Below are positions 11,178-25,146 of a stretch of 64,000 nt of DNA, in pieces (within the stretch, counting starts at the first letter, position 1; every line of letters starts with the position of its first letter). The notes below the pieces were generated by a model. That model did not search any database. It was not told the DNA's origin and saw only the letters and a list, made by a program, of their open reading frames with translations. The translations under genes were made by a program, and so were the position numbers. Source of the stretch: Bigelowiella natans CCMP2755 (lineage: Eukaryota > Protista > Cercozoa); contig ADNK01000503.1 of assembly GCA_000320545.1 (NCBI GenBank), forward strand, positions 62,001-126,000. Reading direction: 5' to 3'.

Positions 11178-14100
11178 ATGTTTTCGGCTGTCGATTCCGG
11201 TGGCTCGGAGGTTGCTATTGGCGGTGGCGGGGGCGTGGTTATTTCTTCTAATCGCTTCCGTGGAAACGAAGATAATAAATGTGAAAACCATGGTCCCGCT
11301 TTCGAGGAAAATGGTCAACAGGATACTGCTGAGAATAACTGGCTACTTACCAAAAATGCGGAGGCATTTGAGCGAAAAGCTATGAAAATGTTTACTGCAT
11401 CAATGAAACATCTTAGCAATGGGAAGCTTCAAGAAGCAAGGTATCTTCAACTAGCCTTATTTATTTGCCTGATGCTGGTTCTTAATGTATAATACTGCTG
11501 TATCCGTCGACAGGGATATCCAGGAGGAAATTCTGAAGGCTCAAATTTTTTCTTCGAACCCTCTCCGGCCTCGGAGGCTACAGGACGAAGGTGCTTGTCG
11601 TTATAATATTGCTTCACTATTACTACCTTCGCTTTCATTTCACTTTCGCCATGCTTTACAAAGATGACGATTTTCCGTAGCTTCCTTGCGTAATACTTGA
11701 TCCAACTGTTTTGCGAGTAGAAAAAATCAGTGGGAATGAGCAGCAAGCATCGACGGAGTCTAATACTTACTTTCCGAAATCGCTGCAGGTTGAAGCAATT
11801 CCGTTCGATAGTTTGCCTTTATTTCATCTACTTCAATTATTCAGCGACTGCACTATCTCATCATCGTGAATCTTGCTCATGTCCATAAGAAACTTGGAGC
11901 AAAAGAGGGTAATTAGATTTGAATAGAATTGAGCCGCTTCATACTTATAACAATGTCGTGCATCAACAGAAGCTCTCCGGTGTTACATCGATGCGAGTCG
12001 AATGGCACCAGGAAACTATCTTCACACCTTTCAACAAGGTTAAGGAGGAAGTTCGTAGAAAGTAGTCAGACCTGTCTTGATGAAACAAGTGTTATATCTA
12101 TAGGTGAGCTTGCCCTTGAGACTGGTAAATGGGCACTCGCTCGACGCTCCTTTGAGGTTTCATTTTCGCAGAAAACGTATATTCCACCTGTATCAGTCTT
12201 CACGCTTTTCTATCAATATATCTGGAACAGGAAGGAGTTCTCGCTAGGCCACGAGAGAGCTTGTGTCTGAACCGTCTGATGGAAGTTTGCTTTGTTCTTG
12301 GAGATTTGGGGGTCATAAATACCAAAATTATGTTAAGTCTGGTCTTCAAATTAGAAAATGGGTGATGGTATTAGGTATGCAAAACTTTAGCAAGGCATGC
12401 TCTCCGCCATAGTAACCAACGAGCGCGACCACTGGTAAATCACGACATCTCACTGATTCATGTGTTTCACTGATTTCTCTGATTTCAAAGTGAATCTGAA
12501 ATATTCCTGCAATTAGGAATTCATAAGGCTTATTGATGAGCAAATTGGCAAGAGCCCTAAGAGGCGGAATCCTTTGTCCAAAAGGCTTGCAAAACGCCTT
12601 CGTTCACGTTTAAATTATCTTGAAAAAGCGCGCGGAGACCAATTTACCGAGGCTGCTAACTTATCACTTTCCTCTCAAGTGGGAACGATGCAAGTGGTAG
12701 CCCCTCAAGATGCCGTTCAAGATATCAAATTGGTGGACGTGAGTTGGGATGGTCTCATAGACGGGATTCTAAACGTGGGGAAGGAGAACCGTACCCGAGT
12801 TGGATCCAAGACCTCCTCCTCTTCATCTTCTTCTTCTTCATCCTCTTCCTCAGTCATGTTAAATGATGATGAGGATAGTAATAGTAGTAAATCGATTATG
12901 CATGAAGGTAATGTGGTTATTCCCGATCCTTTAATACGCGTTACAATTGCCAGGAGTACCTCGACTCTTGCAGATCCTACTCCGAGCGAAAAGGAGAAGC
13001 ACGATGTAGTTTCTACGAAAGAAGGCAATCCCTCACCTTCATCCAGCGAGGAGGAAGACAGACTAGTGCGACTGCTAACCCCGCTTCATCATCTTCTCGT
13101 AGCTGGAAACCTGAATTTTCTTGATTTTTCTAAGCTTAAGAACTTCTTTGTAACATCGAGTAAGATCGCACAGCATCGCTCAGCTACTCGTCCGGTGATT
13201 GACGAAGAGAAAGTAAGCGAGGTTGTGGTAGATTTTCTGATGGGGAAAAATGGGGGATCAATCAGCGGCGTGAATGAAAAAAATAAACCTGTACGAATGT
13301 ATCAATTTGCGGAGAATCTGTTCGAGACTATTGCTCACAGCCCTTCTGAGAATCCAGTCTCTCCTTCAAAGGCGCTACAGCTGTTGGATTTGGTATCGAA
13401 TGCCAGCGGATCTTGCTCTTTCATTCATAACAGGAGCCTAGCGAGCTACCTTTTTGAGGCAGAAGTGTGCTTCGATGCTGCTACTTCCGTCGGAAGGAGC
13501 ATTTATTCTCCAATACACAAGCACGAATTACAAAATCGGGCTAGCCGTGCTTTTGGACGTTTCAAACGCGCTTTTAAGGCTACCATCGCAAAAAGTCTGG
13601 GTGAAAGAAGGAAAAGGGCCCTGATTGCGCGTTATGCATGGTTAAGAGCACACTGGGCTTTGTGGTTCAGAAGAACATACTCAGTGAGAAGCTTAAACGC
13701 CGCCGCAACAGAGGCAACTAATTCGCAACAGGGCTTCTCCGCGCAAGACAGATTTTTTGCTGATGACGCGGTTACGGCTTTCTCGCTCTGTCGGAGAGCA
13801 CTGGGTGGAGATGGGATGACAATAGTGTTGCCACATGTCAATCAACCTAAATTGAGAACCGTGAATTCATTAGGTGTGGAGAAATCCCTGGCTAGTGCAA
13901 AGGTTCGAACGCAACTGGAGCATGCTGCTCTGCATCTCTGGTACGGACGCGCCGTAGAAGCCATTGAGACGCTTAAAGATAGCACTATCGATCCTATTAC
14001 TGGCAGCCCTGCTCCAAGCGTAACAGATGAAATCGCTTCACTCCCTGCCTGCTTCGAAGCATCAGCAGAATCCTGCTTCCACACCCTATCCATACTTAAA

Positions 14101-16705
14101 GACGCATGTTTAGCCTGCTGCTCCTTTTCTGTCAGGAAAGGAAGGGGGGGAGGGGGAGGAGGAGGGAAAGAAACAGAAATGAAATGCATCTACTGGGACG
14201 AGTCGAAGGCACGGCTGCTTGCACGTTGCTCTCGGCTGCTTCTCAAAAACTGCATCAAGCGTATACTGGGGAGCGGTGTCGTCATCACACCGGAAGGAGG
14301 GACAGATGGAAAAATAATGAAAGGGCAAGAAAGGAAAAAGGAGCACACAAACGATGACCAGACTGAGTACTTCGGACCGCTCCCAGGCCGGAGACCGCCG
14401 GGGAACCCGTTTAAAGACGCCGAGAAATCACTGAGGTTCATTCTTAGTATATTCGAGGAGATTAAACCTAGAAAAGGCAACGACAACGAGAACAATGGGA
14501 AGTTTGGCCCTCATTGCGAGGCAATGGAAGAAGAATTGTTGATCCGAAAGGAGCTTGGTAAAGACATTGGGATCCTCTCAGCCCTCGGCATCCTCCTCTT
14601 GAACAGAGAGGGGGGGGATAAAGAGAAGGAAGAGGAGGTAGAAAAGGAGGAGGATCCCCATCAGCAGCAACAGCAACAGACTATAGAGAGAAGGGAAGAG
14701 GACCAATCGATAGATAGTGCGAAGAGAGTAATATGCCTTTGCATGAGAGTCATCATGAATCATCTTGGAAATAGAAATGACTCGGACAAGGAGTGGGCAA
14801 CAACAGGCTTTGAGCTTGTCGTTAAAGTATTCGAATCGGCGGGTCTCACTACCCAGGAATGCAAGGAAAGAGAGAGCCTCGAACGTCAGTATCTCTCACA
14901 GCTTTTCCAGAAAATCCTGGAGATGGGAGCCGACAATGCATTACATCTGCAACCACTCGTTTTCGGCTGCCTGGAGTCGCTTTATGGCATACACATACTC
15001 TATCCATCAAAATGGGATAGAGGGTCAGCAACTGCAGCAGCAGCAGCAGCAGCAGCAGATAACGAAGCCCGTCTAAACGCACGCGCAGAGAAGTTGAAAG
15101 ATTTGAAGAATAACAGCGGCGTACAAGCTCAGGTTCTGCAGGCTATTCGATGGGTGATTCGAAGGCCGGAACTTGCCGGGGATAGTACCGACGGAGTGAC
15201 TGACAATATAATCGAAGCGCTGTCCCAATTGGAGAAATGTCGTTTCAAGGACGAGCAGGGTTTGGATCTTACCAGCAAGAAGCTTGCGGCTTTCTTCACG
15301 ATAAAGGACGGAGCGGTCAGAGAACTTGCAGACACAAAGCATATTGTGCCCTCCCAGGTGAAGCAATCGTTCTATGAAAACTTCCAGAGGCCGTCTTCCT
15401 TTCCTGCAGATCACGACGACTTCAAGGACTTGTCCTGGATCTGCAATACCTTTCTGCTTCCAGAATTGATCTCCATCCTCGTTCGCAACACCCGAGACAA
15501 CACCTTCCTACCACGTCTGCTCTCTAAGTCGAGGAAGGAACTGATCAATTCTGCCATGACAAAGTACAGAAACAAAGTTCTCGCAGACCTAACTTTGTCG
15601 CCGATGAGAACGATTTCTTGGGCTCATCTTGGGGAGACATATATATTGGAATTCTTCCTTAAGATCTCCTGTATCCGTTCTCACCCAGCCTTGAACGCAA
15701 GTCTCGGATCGGATGGCATTATTCCTGGGAGAGGCATTGCTGCAATCTCAATCGGAGAGGCATCAAAGATATGGTGGCGTATCGAGCGTTGTTTGTTCAT
15801 CGCGCTTCAGCTCAATCTCGACAAAAACAAAGGCAGTACAAATGATGTTTCCAGTCGCAGTCTTAAATTCCGCAGCAAGGTTGTTGTCACCGGTGTCAAG
15901 TAACAAATCATCATAATTTGTCATTTTAAAGTTTTTAGAAATTCATTCAAAAATCTCTAGTTCTATGGTATTTAGATCCCTTAGGGGCGTTGAAAACATT
16001 ACCGATTTTTTTTGGCTGATACGTCAATTAAAGCATGTTGGTGTAGAGGCTGGTTTTTTGGAGGTATTGCATTCATGTTTAACTGCTTTTTTGTTTTCAG
16101 ATATTGCTCAATCTGCTCTTAGCTCGGTATCGCATGGCATCCATCGCAGCCTCGTTACCGCATTCTAATGTGCCCTCGCGTCCAGCTCCCTGTCCTAGCA
16201 TGAAGTCTGTGATCCATCTTGGCGACATGTTGCGACAAAGCCCGCACACCGAGAAAAAGGACGCATGGATATACGAGTTGGTCTTTGCAAAAGTCGCTCA
16301 AAAAATCCAGTCAAAGGTAGTCGGAAGAAGGATGATGACTGACGGCTAGATTGTCTGCTCATGAGATGATGATGGTAATGATGCTGATGATGCTGATGAT
16401 GATATCGTGAGTGACAGCACCGCACTGCTGCTTTCGACGACGACTCATAGATTATTGATTGGTCGACCATTCCTCTAATGACGTAGGCCTCCAGGGCTGT
16501 CAGAGGAGAAAATGGAAAACGAGATGAAGAAAGAGACGTTTCGTCAAGGGTGACGATAGGAGCCTGCGTTGTACTAGAGGGCTACCAGAAGGCAATAGAT
16601 GCTCTTAGGAGCTCAGTTCAGCCTCCTCTGCAGGAAGATGTGGTTGGAAAATGATGATGCGCTCTTTTCAAATGACGTTCAGCTGATCTGCCACAATTTA
16701 CTCAC

Positions 16706-16773
<68 letters not shown>

Positions 16774-17917
16774 CTTTCTTTCTTTCTTTGCCTGTGTTTC
16801 TCTCTCTTGGGCTCTATATATCCTCCATCTCTCTCGCTCGCACTTCTTCCGCATGCTGCTCTCAGCTTCCCGAGAATCTCGCCGAATCTGAATGTGAGAG
16901 GAAAGAAGCACTGGCGATTTGCCTCTACCACCTCCACTCTACGAGATTGAAGATGATTATCCACAGCGAGAACGAGGTCGTGATGATTTTCGAACTACTA
17001 TTCACCCAAGAAAAGAGATTATGATAAAGATGATAATGATGATGGTTTTGATGATGATATCATCCCGTAATCTGTTGTTTCCGATTTCCATCTCTACCTT
17101 TGCATTAATACTACATTGTTTTTGGTGCAATCTCAGAGCAACTTACAGATTGCGTCCAATTTCATGTTCTGCCCCAACAACACTGATGTCGCCAAGAAAT
17201 ATCTCTCTGATAGCGAAGGATGTACCGACGAGAAACAGCCTGATGAAGTGAAAGACATTGACGATGATGGTTTTGGTGGTGGTAAAGGTGCTGTGGAGGA
17301 TATGATCATCGACTCAAAATGCCATTCCTCTCACCCTCCGCCACCCTCTACTACAGATGATAAGACAGAAGAGGGGATAGAAGGGGGGGGTAGTGAGATA
17401 ATAGAGCAAAATCGTGACGGCGTCCCCAGTGTGTCCACTATGAGTCATCATCCATCATCATCTACAATCGCAGCTAGATCAGTATCCGTCCCATCTTCAA
17501 CTCCTCCTATGGACTCTCCTCCAGCTGACCCTAATGATGCTGTTGACGTTGTCACAGCTGCTGGTGGGGGTGACGACAGCAGCAGCAACAGCAAAAACAA
17601 CAATAAAACAGCAGGCGAGGAGGAGGAGGAGGAGGAGGAGGAGGAAGAAGGGAAGAAAGCAGGAGGTGAGCAGAATATGAAAATCAAGATCAAGAGCAAC
17701 AAAGGTGCTGCTTAGTATAATTGATGAGTAGCAGCCAATTAGTGTTGTACTATGTTGTGCCTTATTATCGCTATTATTATCATTAGTATTATTATTACTA
17801 TCCGTAACATAATCAACCTTCTCTTTTACGACAATATTATCTTGGATTATTCAGAGAAGGAAAGCCACAAGGAGGAGAGTCCGGGAAAGTAAGAACTCTT
17901 GTTTTCCTTCAAGTATC

Positions 17918-17954
<37 letters not shown>

Positions 17955-18337
17955 TTTCCCTCTCCCCCCCCCCCCCCCACACACACACACACAACACAAC
18001 ACAGCTCAAAATTTGATGGTTGTTCTTTGGGACTACTACTATGTGTGTCAGGCACACACTAGAAAGTCAGCTGAAGAAGGTATCTTTCGATTCGAAGTGG
18101 CTAAGAAGGTAGCAGCAACTTTTCCCCGCTTTAGCTAGTATCCGTATACCTCCAAGTAATGATTGATTCACAATACTGTGCTGCCTCTCCCTATTCCTCT
18201 CCTGTGTGATATATACAAGGTGTACTACGCGTTTCCGCCTGATCAAGGAACGATTCAGCGAATTGGTGGATACCAAGTCGAAATGGAGAGATCGCCATAC
18301 AACAGATATCAAATCCAAAGCATCTCATCAGCGGAAA

Positions 18338-18380
<43 letters not shown>

Positions 18381-20422
18381 CCGATAATGCTTCTGCTTCT
18401 ATCACTTCTATACCCTCCTCGTCTCTCAGAGCCTTACCATTAGCAACAACCAAGGCAGCAGTTGTTGCTGATGAGCTACAAGAAGACCAAGATGAAGAAA
18501 AAGAAACAATCCGAAGTGGTGGTGGTGGTGGTGGTAGTAAGAGGAGGAGAAGCAGCAGCAAGAAGGCGTCATCCTCCTCAGGGAACAAACGTAAAAAGAG
18601 ACGAAGAAAAACTAGCAGCAAGGAAAGCAGTACTTCTCAAGTCCCAGCATCATCGTCATCATCATCATCATCACCATCATCGTCATCATCTCGTTCAACA
18701 TCCCCTGTAATAAATAATCAATCTGCTGTTAGTTTTTGTAGTAGCAGTGGCAGTTGTTGGTATTGTTGTGGAGGATTATTTAAGAACGCAACAATGATAA
18801 ATACTTTGATGATGATGATAATGATGATGAAGATGATGATGATGATGTGTATTTTCTATGTGTGATTAGGTCATGAGCTCCTCCAAGATATCCAGGCGTC
18901 GTATGGCAAGTAGCAACACCAACAACCCCATTAAAACTGCTAGTGATGCAGCAGCTACTATAATACCCGCTCCGATGACTACCAAGGAGATATTTGCCCA
19001 TGTCAGAGCATTTGTACGCCAAAAGAGGCGAGATAGGGCATGCGCCAGCTTGATGGGGCCGCCCCTGCCTCGAAATCATAAAAGACGGCGGCACGACGGT
19101 AGCGGGCTTGAAGAGGACGACTCTAGTAACTTCTTTCTTGAAGAATTAAGCAAGAAGTGCCAGGAATCCAAAGCACACCCTGTGATCGTTACGATAAGAG
19201 AATACGTCAAAAAACGTCGCTGTTTGAAGCGAGTCGGCGTGAAAGATGTCAGCAGGCTTTTCTCATGGATGCTTCCCTCTGGCTCTTCTCCCTCCTCCCC
19301 TAGTCGACAAGAGATGACGAAGAAGAACAAGAAGAAGAAGAAGAAAAATAAGAACAAGAAGAAGAAGAAGGAGCAGGATAAATTAACAGAGCTAGGGTGC
19401 AAGGTCAAGAGGCTAGAAATCAAACTGCCTGGCCTACTAGATCGCATTGTAGAGACTGCACAGGCACTGCTCCATTTTGTTGATGAAGCTCATGAAGATA
19501 TCACCATGATGCCTTCATCATCAGGGAATGGGGAAGATCAAAGCGCCTCCTCTTGGACGTCATCGCAGCATTTTTGGCTCATTCTGGACGATTTCAAGCC
19601 GATTCTGAGGTCATTCTTGGACGAGGCAAGCGACGTGAGTGGGATCGATGTTAGCAATGATGGATTCCAAGAATTCTTGAGGGAACTTGTGAATTTGGTG
19701 GAAGAGCTGTCTCCTATAGAGGAGGAGGAGGAGGAGGAGGAGGAAGAGAAGAAGGCGGCTGGTGCAAAGGAGGTTTTCCATGTGCTACTACCCCGTGTTC
19801 GTAACCTTCGCGATGATCTCCTCAAATACATGGAATGCCATGTGGACTATCTCACCGCCAAAAAGGGCCTTCGCACCGCAGTAGTTGGAAACAACAACAA
19901 CAACAACAACAACAACAAAGCCAACAAGGAGAAATCGGATGGGGGGGAGGAGGAAGAGATGGAGGAGGAGGAGGAGGAGGAGGAGGAGGATTCCAGACGA
20001 GAATACGAGGAAGGGCGAGAGGATGTGGTGAGAGGTAAAGACAAGGAAGGAGAGGAGAACTCTGTAGTAGAAGGGAACGAAGGGTTAGATTCTACAAATC
20101 ATCATGCAGAAGTGCTTGGCAGCAGGATGGAAGAACCAGAAGAAGAACCACAAGAACAACAACAAAAAGAAGAAGGAACAGCAGCAGCAACAGCACTCGA
20201 GAGAACTCCAGAAAGAAAGCAATTGTTTCCCGGAAGTAGCATCACTAACCATGAGGAGGAGGAGGAGGAGGAGGAGGAGTCTTCTTGTTCTTCCATAAAC
20301 AAAGGGTTGCTACATACTGATCTCTTACCAGAGATCTTAGTGTCCGAGATGGAAGTGGATAAAGCTGCAGAATGTACACTACACTCATAGCACTCGTAGT
20401 TGTTGAAGAAGAAGAAAAAAAA

Positions 20423-20460
<38 letters not shown>

Positions 20461-21636
20461 AAAAAATGGAATAGTTTAGAAGTATACATACCCAAAGATG
20501 ATTGAATATAAACACATCTAAGTATAGTGAAAAAAAGAATGAAAGTCTATTTTAGGCGATATTTCTCACCATCATCATCAGCATCATCATCATCATCATC
20601 ATCACCATCATCATCATATGTTGTTATGACGTTCCTTCTTCATACTACAGCCAACAATAACTCTGATGCTGCACGTGCTCTTCATCTTGAAGCTATCATC
20701 GCTGATGAGAGGAAGAAGATAGTTGAGAAGGTCCTTATCGACATCATGAAGGCATTAGCGTATTGCGTGGAGCTAGCCCCATCATACTTCCAGCCTACTT
20801 TTCTACTAGCGAAACTGCTTATGGATGGGCCTCACGGCAACAAATGCGTTGCAAGGGAGCTGATGGAACAGTTCAAATCTCGAAGGGGTTTTATGCGCAA
20901 ATATGCGAAGGGTTGGAGCCTGAATTGTGTTCCTGATGAGATGTATAAGAATGCTTACGAGACCGCCAGGGATGATGATGACGATGGTGATGATGATGAT
21001 GATGCGCCTTCAACAGCTCCAATATTTCCAGATACTTCACAATCAACGCTGAAGACATTCCTCCGCATGAGTGATGTCCCCTGGAAACGACACACGCAAT
21101 ACCTACAATGCTTTTATTTCTATGGAGAATTAGCATTAAGGACGTTCTCTTATGGGCGATTAGAGAGGCTCCACACGGAACTTCCACGCGAAATTGTTTC
21201 CAATCAGGATCTTGACATTGTGCGCACATACGCTCACCTTCTTCGATGCTTCTTTCAAATGCAGCTCAACGCTGATGGACAACCAACGCGCGCACGGGCG
21301 ACAGAGAAGGTGGCAAATAAGATATTCCACCGAGCATGCCAAGTTACGCTTCTTCTAGAAGACACCAGTGTGTCATCCGAAATATTAATGTTCGAGTCCT
21401 ATAGAACTGCAGCTCTGCTTACAGAGGAAGAAGAAGGCCATGCTGAGCAGAAGAGACGAATAAAGGAGTCAGGAGGCAATTCCAGCCAGTCAGACAACGA
21501 TATTCGCGATGATGCATTCGATTGGGTGTTAGAGCAAAGATGGGCGAGGCCTTTACGTGCAAAGATTAAAGTTCTTCGATCCAAAGTGAAATCAAGACAA
21601 GAAAGCGGGAAGAAACGACAGCGTACCCAGCAGTAA
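11178..21636 (+). CDS. CABIN1: CABIN1/Hir3-like TPR scaffold of the HIRA histone chaperone complex, multi-exon
   Basis: N-terminal TPRs: TKNAEAFERKAMKMF..LQEAR|DIQEEIL; LHYLIIVNLAHVHKKLG; GELALETGKWALARRSFE|EGVLARPRESLCLNRLMEVCFVLGD. Central DLTLSPMRTISWAHLG and AWIYELVFAKVAQK. C-terminal LAYCVELAPSYFQPTFLLAKLL. Includes ORFs 12574-15903, 17116-17715, 18873-20390 and 20527-21636. Confidence 0.85.
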
Positions 21637-22011
21637 GAGTGCGGGCAGCAAGTCATCAGATTCGTCTTTTCGATGTAAAATCAATTATTAAACATAATCA
21701 CCACCTTGTCATAATTTCAGCGCCAATTTTCTCCAGACTTCTAATGAGATGCGCCATTTCTTAACTTTTCTTTGTGAGCAATTAGACACTTTGCTATTGT
21801 CGCTAGCTACATGCTGTATAGACATGGCGATCGAGCGTATTAATCTGTGCAAGCCAACTTTCCTCGCTCAGGCTTTAACATTCTAATATGCAAACATGAA
21901 CCCTGCCAGTGTTTGTAAGATCAGAGCGCTAATGCTACTTACTACTTTTATAAATGGACAATGCCACGCAAGAGTCAGGAGCGTTGCGTATTTGTAAAGT
22001 TGCGCTGACTT

Positions 22012-22051
<40 letters not shown>

Positions 22052-22205
22052 ATGAGGCTGCGAATGGCACTTTTACACCACATACGCGTCAGCGATTGCA
22101 ACCCAACTTAGATGTTGAAGATATGGATTGTATTTGAGGATGATGAAGCTTTTGTTACATAAGAACTGTCGCGCATAAATGCTGTATAGCCTTTATTCTA
22201 TATTG

Positions 22206-23467
22206 CTAGATTGAGCTATTTTTCTTCCCAACGGATACCAGTTCGATTCGAGGAATAGGCAATGGTGATGGCGGTGACGGAGATGACGAAGTTAAATAGC
22301 TCCTGTTGGTCCTCATTTGAGTAGAGGATGTCTCCGAGCTGCTGTTTCTAAATGACGATGACGATGATGACAATGGAAGTGTGGACGGTGATAGTGATGT
22401 ATCAGAGGCAGTATTGCTATGTATTGCTGTTTCTTTATACGTTAGCTCCATTTGCTGTAGATCTGCCGTTCTTAATAAAGTCAGCGCAGCATCTAGGGAC
22501 CCTTCCGAATTCTCAGCCTTTTATTTCAATCATAGAATCATCATAGGAATTTTAAATACTGATATTCTAAATACTGATAAAACACGTCTTGAAATTCAAA
22601 TTAAGAATTTGTATAGATCACAACAAACGAGCCCTTATCGGAGCAACAATGCAATATGAGAAATGCACTTTACTCTATATATATCTCTGTAGTACCTCGT
22701 ACAGAATTGCTACCCTTCTTCGCGAATCACTGAAAATATCATTAAGCATTTAGAAATAAGTATTGCTAATTGATAGTGTATCAACAACAACAAAAACAGA
22801 ATGTAAGTTTCTGTTTTTCTTGGCCTTATTACGCAACATGGCATCGAATAAATTAATCCACCGTAGAGCTTGGAGTACATCCCAATAATTCCCTCCCCCT
22901 TTCAGCTGAAAATAAGCTTCAAGACTTGATTCATACTGCTGAAGTGGTGGAAGTATGTTGCTGCTGCTTTCGCTGGTTAGTCCTTTTCCTTTTGAAGTTG
23001 ATATAATCTTATCGGAAGAAAACGTATCCTTATTATCCGGTTTCTCTAAATCTCTCCGTAAGGTCAGCGGCGACATTGGTGGTAGCGATGATGGTGAGGG
23101 TGATGATGTAGATGTTGATGATGATGTAGCAATTAATAATTCTGCTGGAGCTGTGGATGAGGAAGAGGTACTTGAGGGTGATAGAGACGACGAAGACGAT
23201 GACATATGACTCTCGAGTTCATCTGCATATGGTATTGGAGAGCTGTTCTTGCTGTTGCTGCTACTGCTGCTGATGCTGGGGACATTACTGGTGAAGCTTC
23301 TGGCCTTCTCTCCCTCCTCCTTCGTATCTCGAGAACTTACTTGGAGAGAGCTTACAGCGACCGAGACCAAAATGGGGAGAATAATCCTAAGTAAAAAGAC
23401 AAGCAAGACGATCATGATGATTGTACACTGAAGCAAAGTATCTGATGCTGCTATCACAAAACCTCCG

Positions 23468-23499
<32 letters not shown>

Positions 23500-24205
23500 G
23501 CACAAGCACATGTACCCATAGTCCCTTGTGATTTCGAACAGTATCAATGAGGCTGTGAGAGGGATGCGACAGATCCCTGCCAGAGTTGCAGCCATGCCCT
23601 GATTTCATATTGTTCTAGTCTATGAGCATCATCTATTTCGCCATCTACATCAGCATCATCATCATCATCATCATCACTTGAGGTGTAATTGTTAACAGAG
23701 GAATGGTACAATGACCGCAAGTGCGTAGGCCTGAGGCGCAGAGAGTAAGCCAAAATCGCCGACAAAACCACCTTTGATTGTTTTTATTGGGGGTTGAGCG
23801 AAGGTGATGGAGAGTGAAGAAAGCATCATATCACTACTACTTGATTATTGTGAATGAGACTCTATTTGGTAACGTATCATAGCAGAGCCGGATAATGTGA
23901 GCGGAGGGTACTTACTACCTAGAAGAGGATGGACGAATAACCCAAATGCCAGACCTGGGAACGATGGGGATGATGACGATGTTGTTGTTGTTGTTGATGA
24001 TGATGATTGTGATGATGCTAGAGGGAGAATATCAATGAACATGGACACATGAATAGCAAACGAAACAAAGAAAGTAAATCCATCTGGAGGTTCATTCTCC
24101 ATTTTGGAATGTTCCTACCTAATGCAGCCCCAATAAATAGTGAAGGAGCATAGACGCCTCCTTCCAGTCTAAAGGGGGTGAGGGAGGATAAGGAGGAGGT
24201 AAGAT

Positions 24206-24275
<70 letters not shown>

Positions 24276-24396
24276 TAATCACAATATAGATTCTTCAGTA
24301 CACTCACACTCACTCACATATCCACATTCCTGCTTACAAGTTTATTCATTTCTGTAATATTCATCCGCATGTAACTTGGTGCGAATCTTGCTACTA

Positions 24397-24439
<43 letters not shown>

Positions 24440-24519
24440 TCTCATTACCCGAAAGCGCGAGCCAGCACCGTCGTTCCAATTTTGGCTGATGCATATCATC
24501 ATCATCATCATCATCATCA

Positions 24520-24560
<41 letters not shown>

Positions 24561-25114
24561 ATTATCACCACCACCATCATTATTATATGATTATCGTTTT
24601 CATCTCTCCCTAGCATCCATCATCTCTTCCCCCTCCTCGACTCCTCACCAATGGCGATCTCAACCAGCCCAGAGGAGCTGAACAAGTTCTCATCCAAGAT
24701 ACGATTGAAGTTACCGAATCCCTTGGTATAGTAGTAGTAGCATTAGTGGGGGGGGGGGGGGGGGGGGGGGGGAAAATGAGAGAAAGAAAGGAAAAAAACC
24801 ATGGGAAAAATAAAAGGGGGGGGGGGGTCTGATGGGTGATCCATTGGGGGGGGGGGGGGGAAACCACATTTCCCCCTGGGTAACTTCTGGATATTTTATA
24901 GCTACAATCCCTAAAACAATCGCTGAGAGGGGGGGCAAAAGCACCCCCAGGTATACCACTGCCTTCTAGCCGAGACGCTATCTAAGATACAATGATAGGA
25001 GGGGCGAGTTACAACAAAAAATACTGATCATATTAATGAAATAATCGATTAGATACATAGAAGATATATACACATGACAAAATCAGCAAGAACATGTCCA
25101 CTCATACAAACACA

Positions 25115-25146
<32 letters not shown>

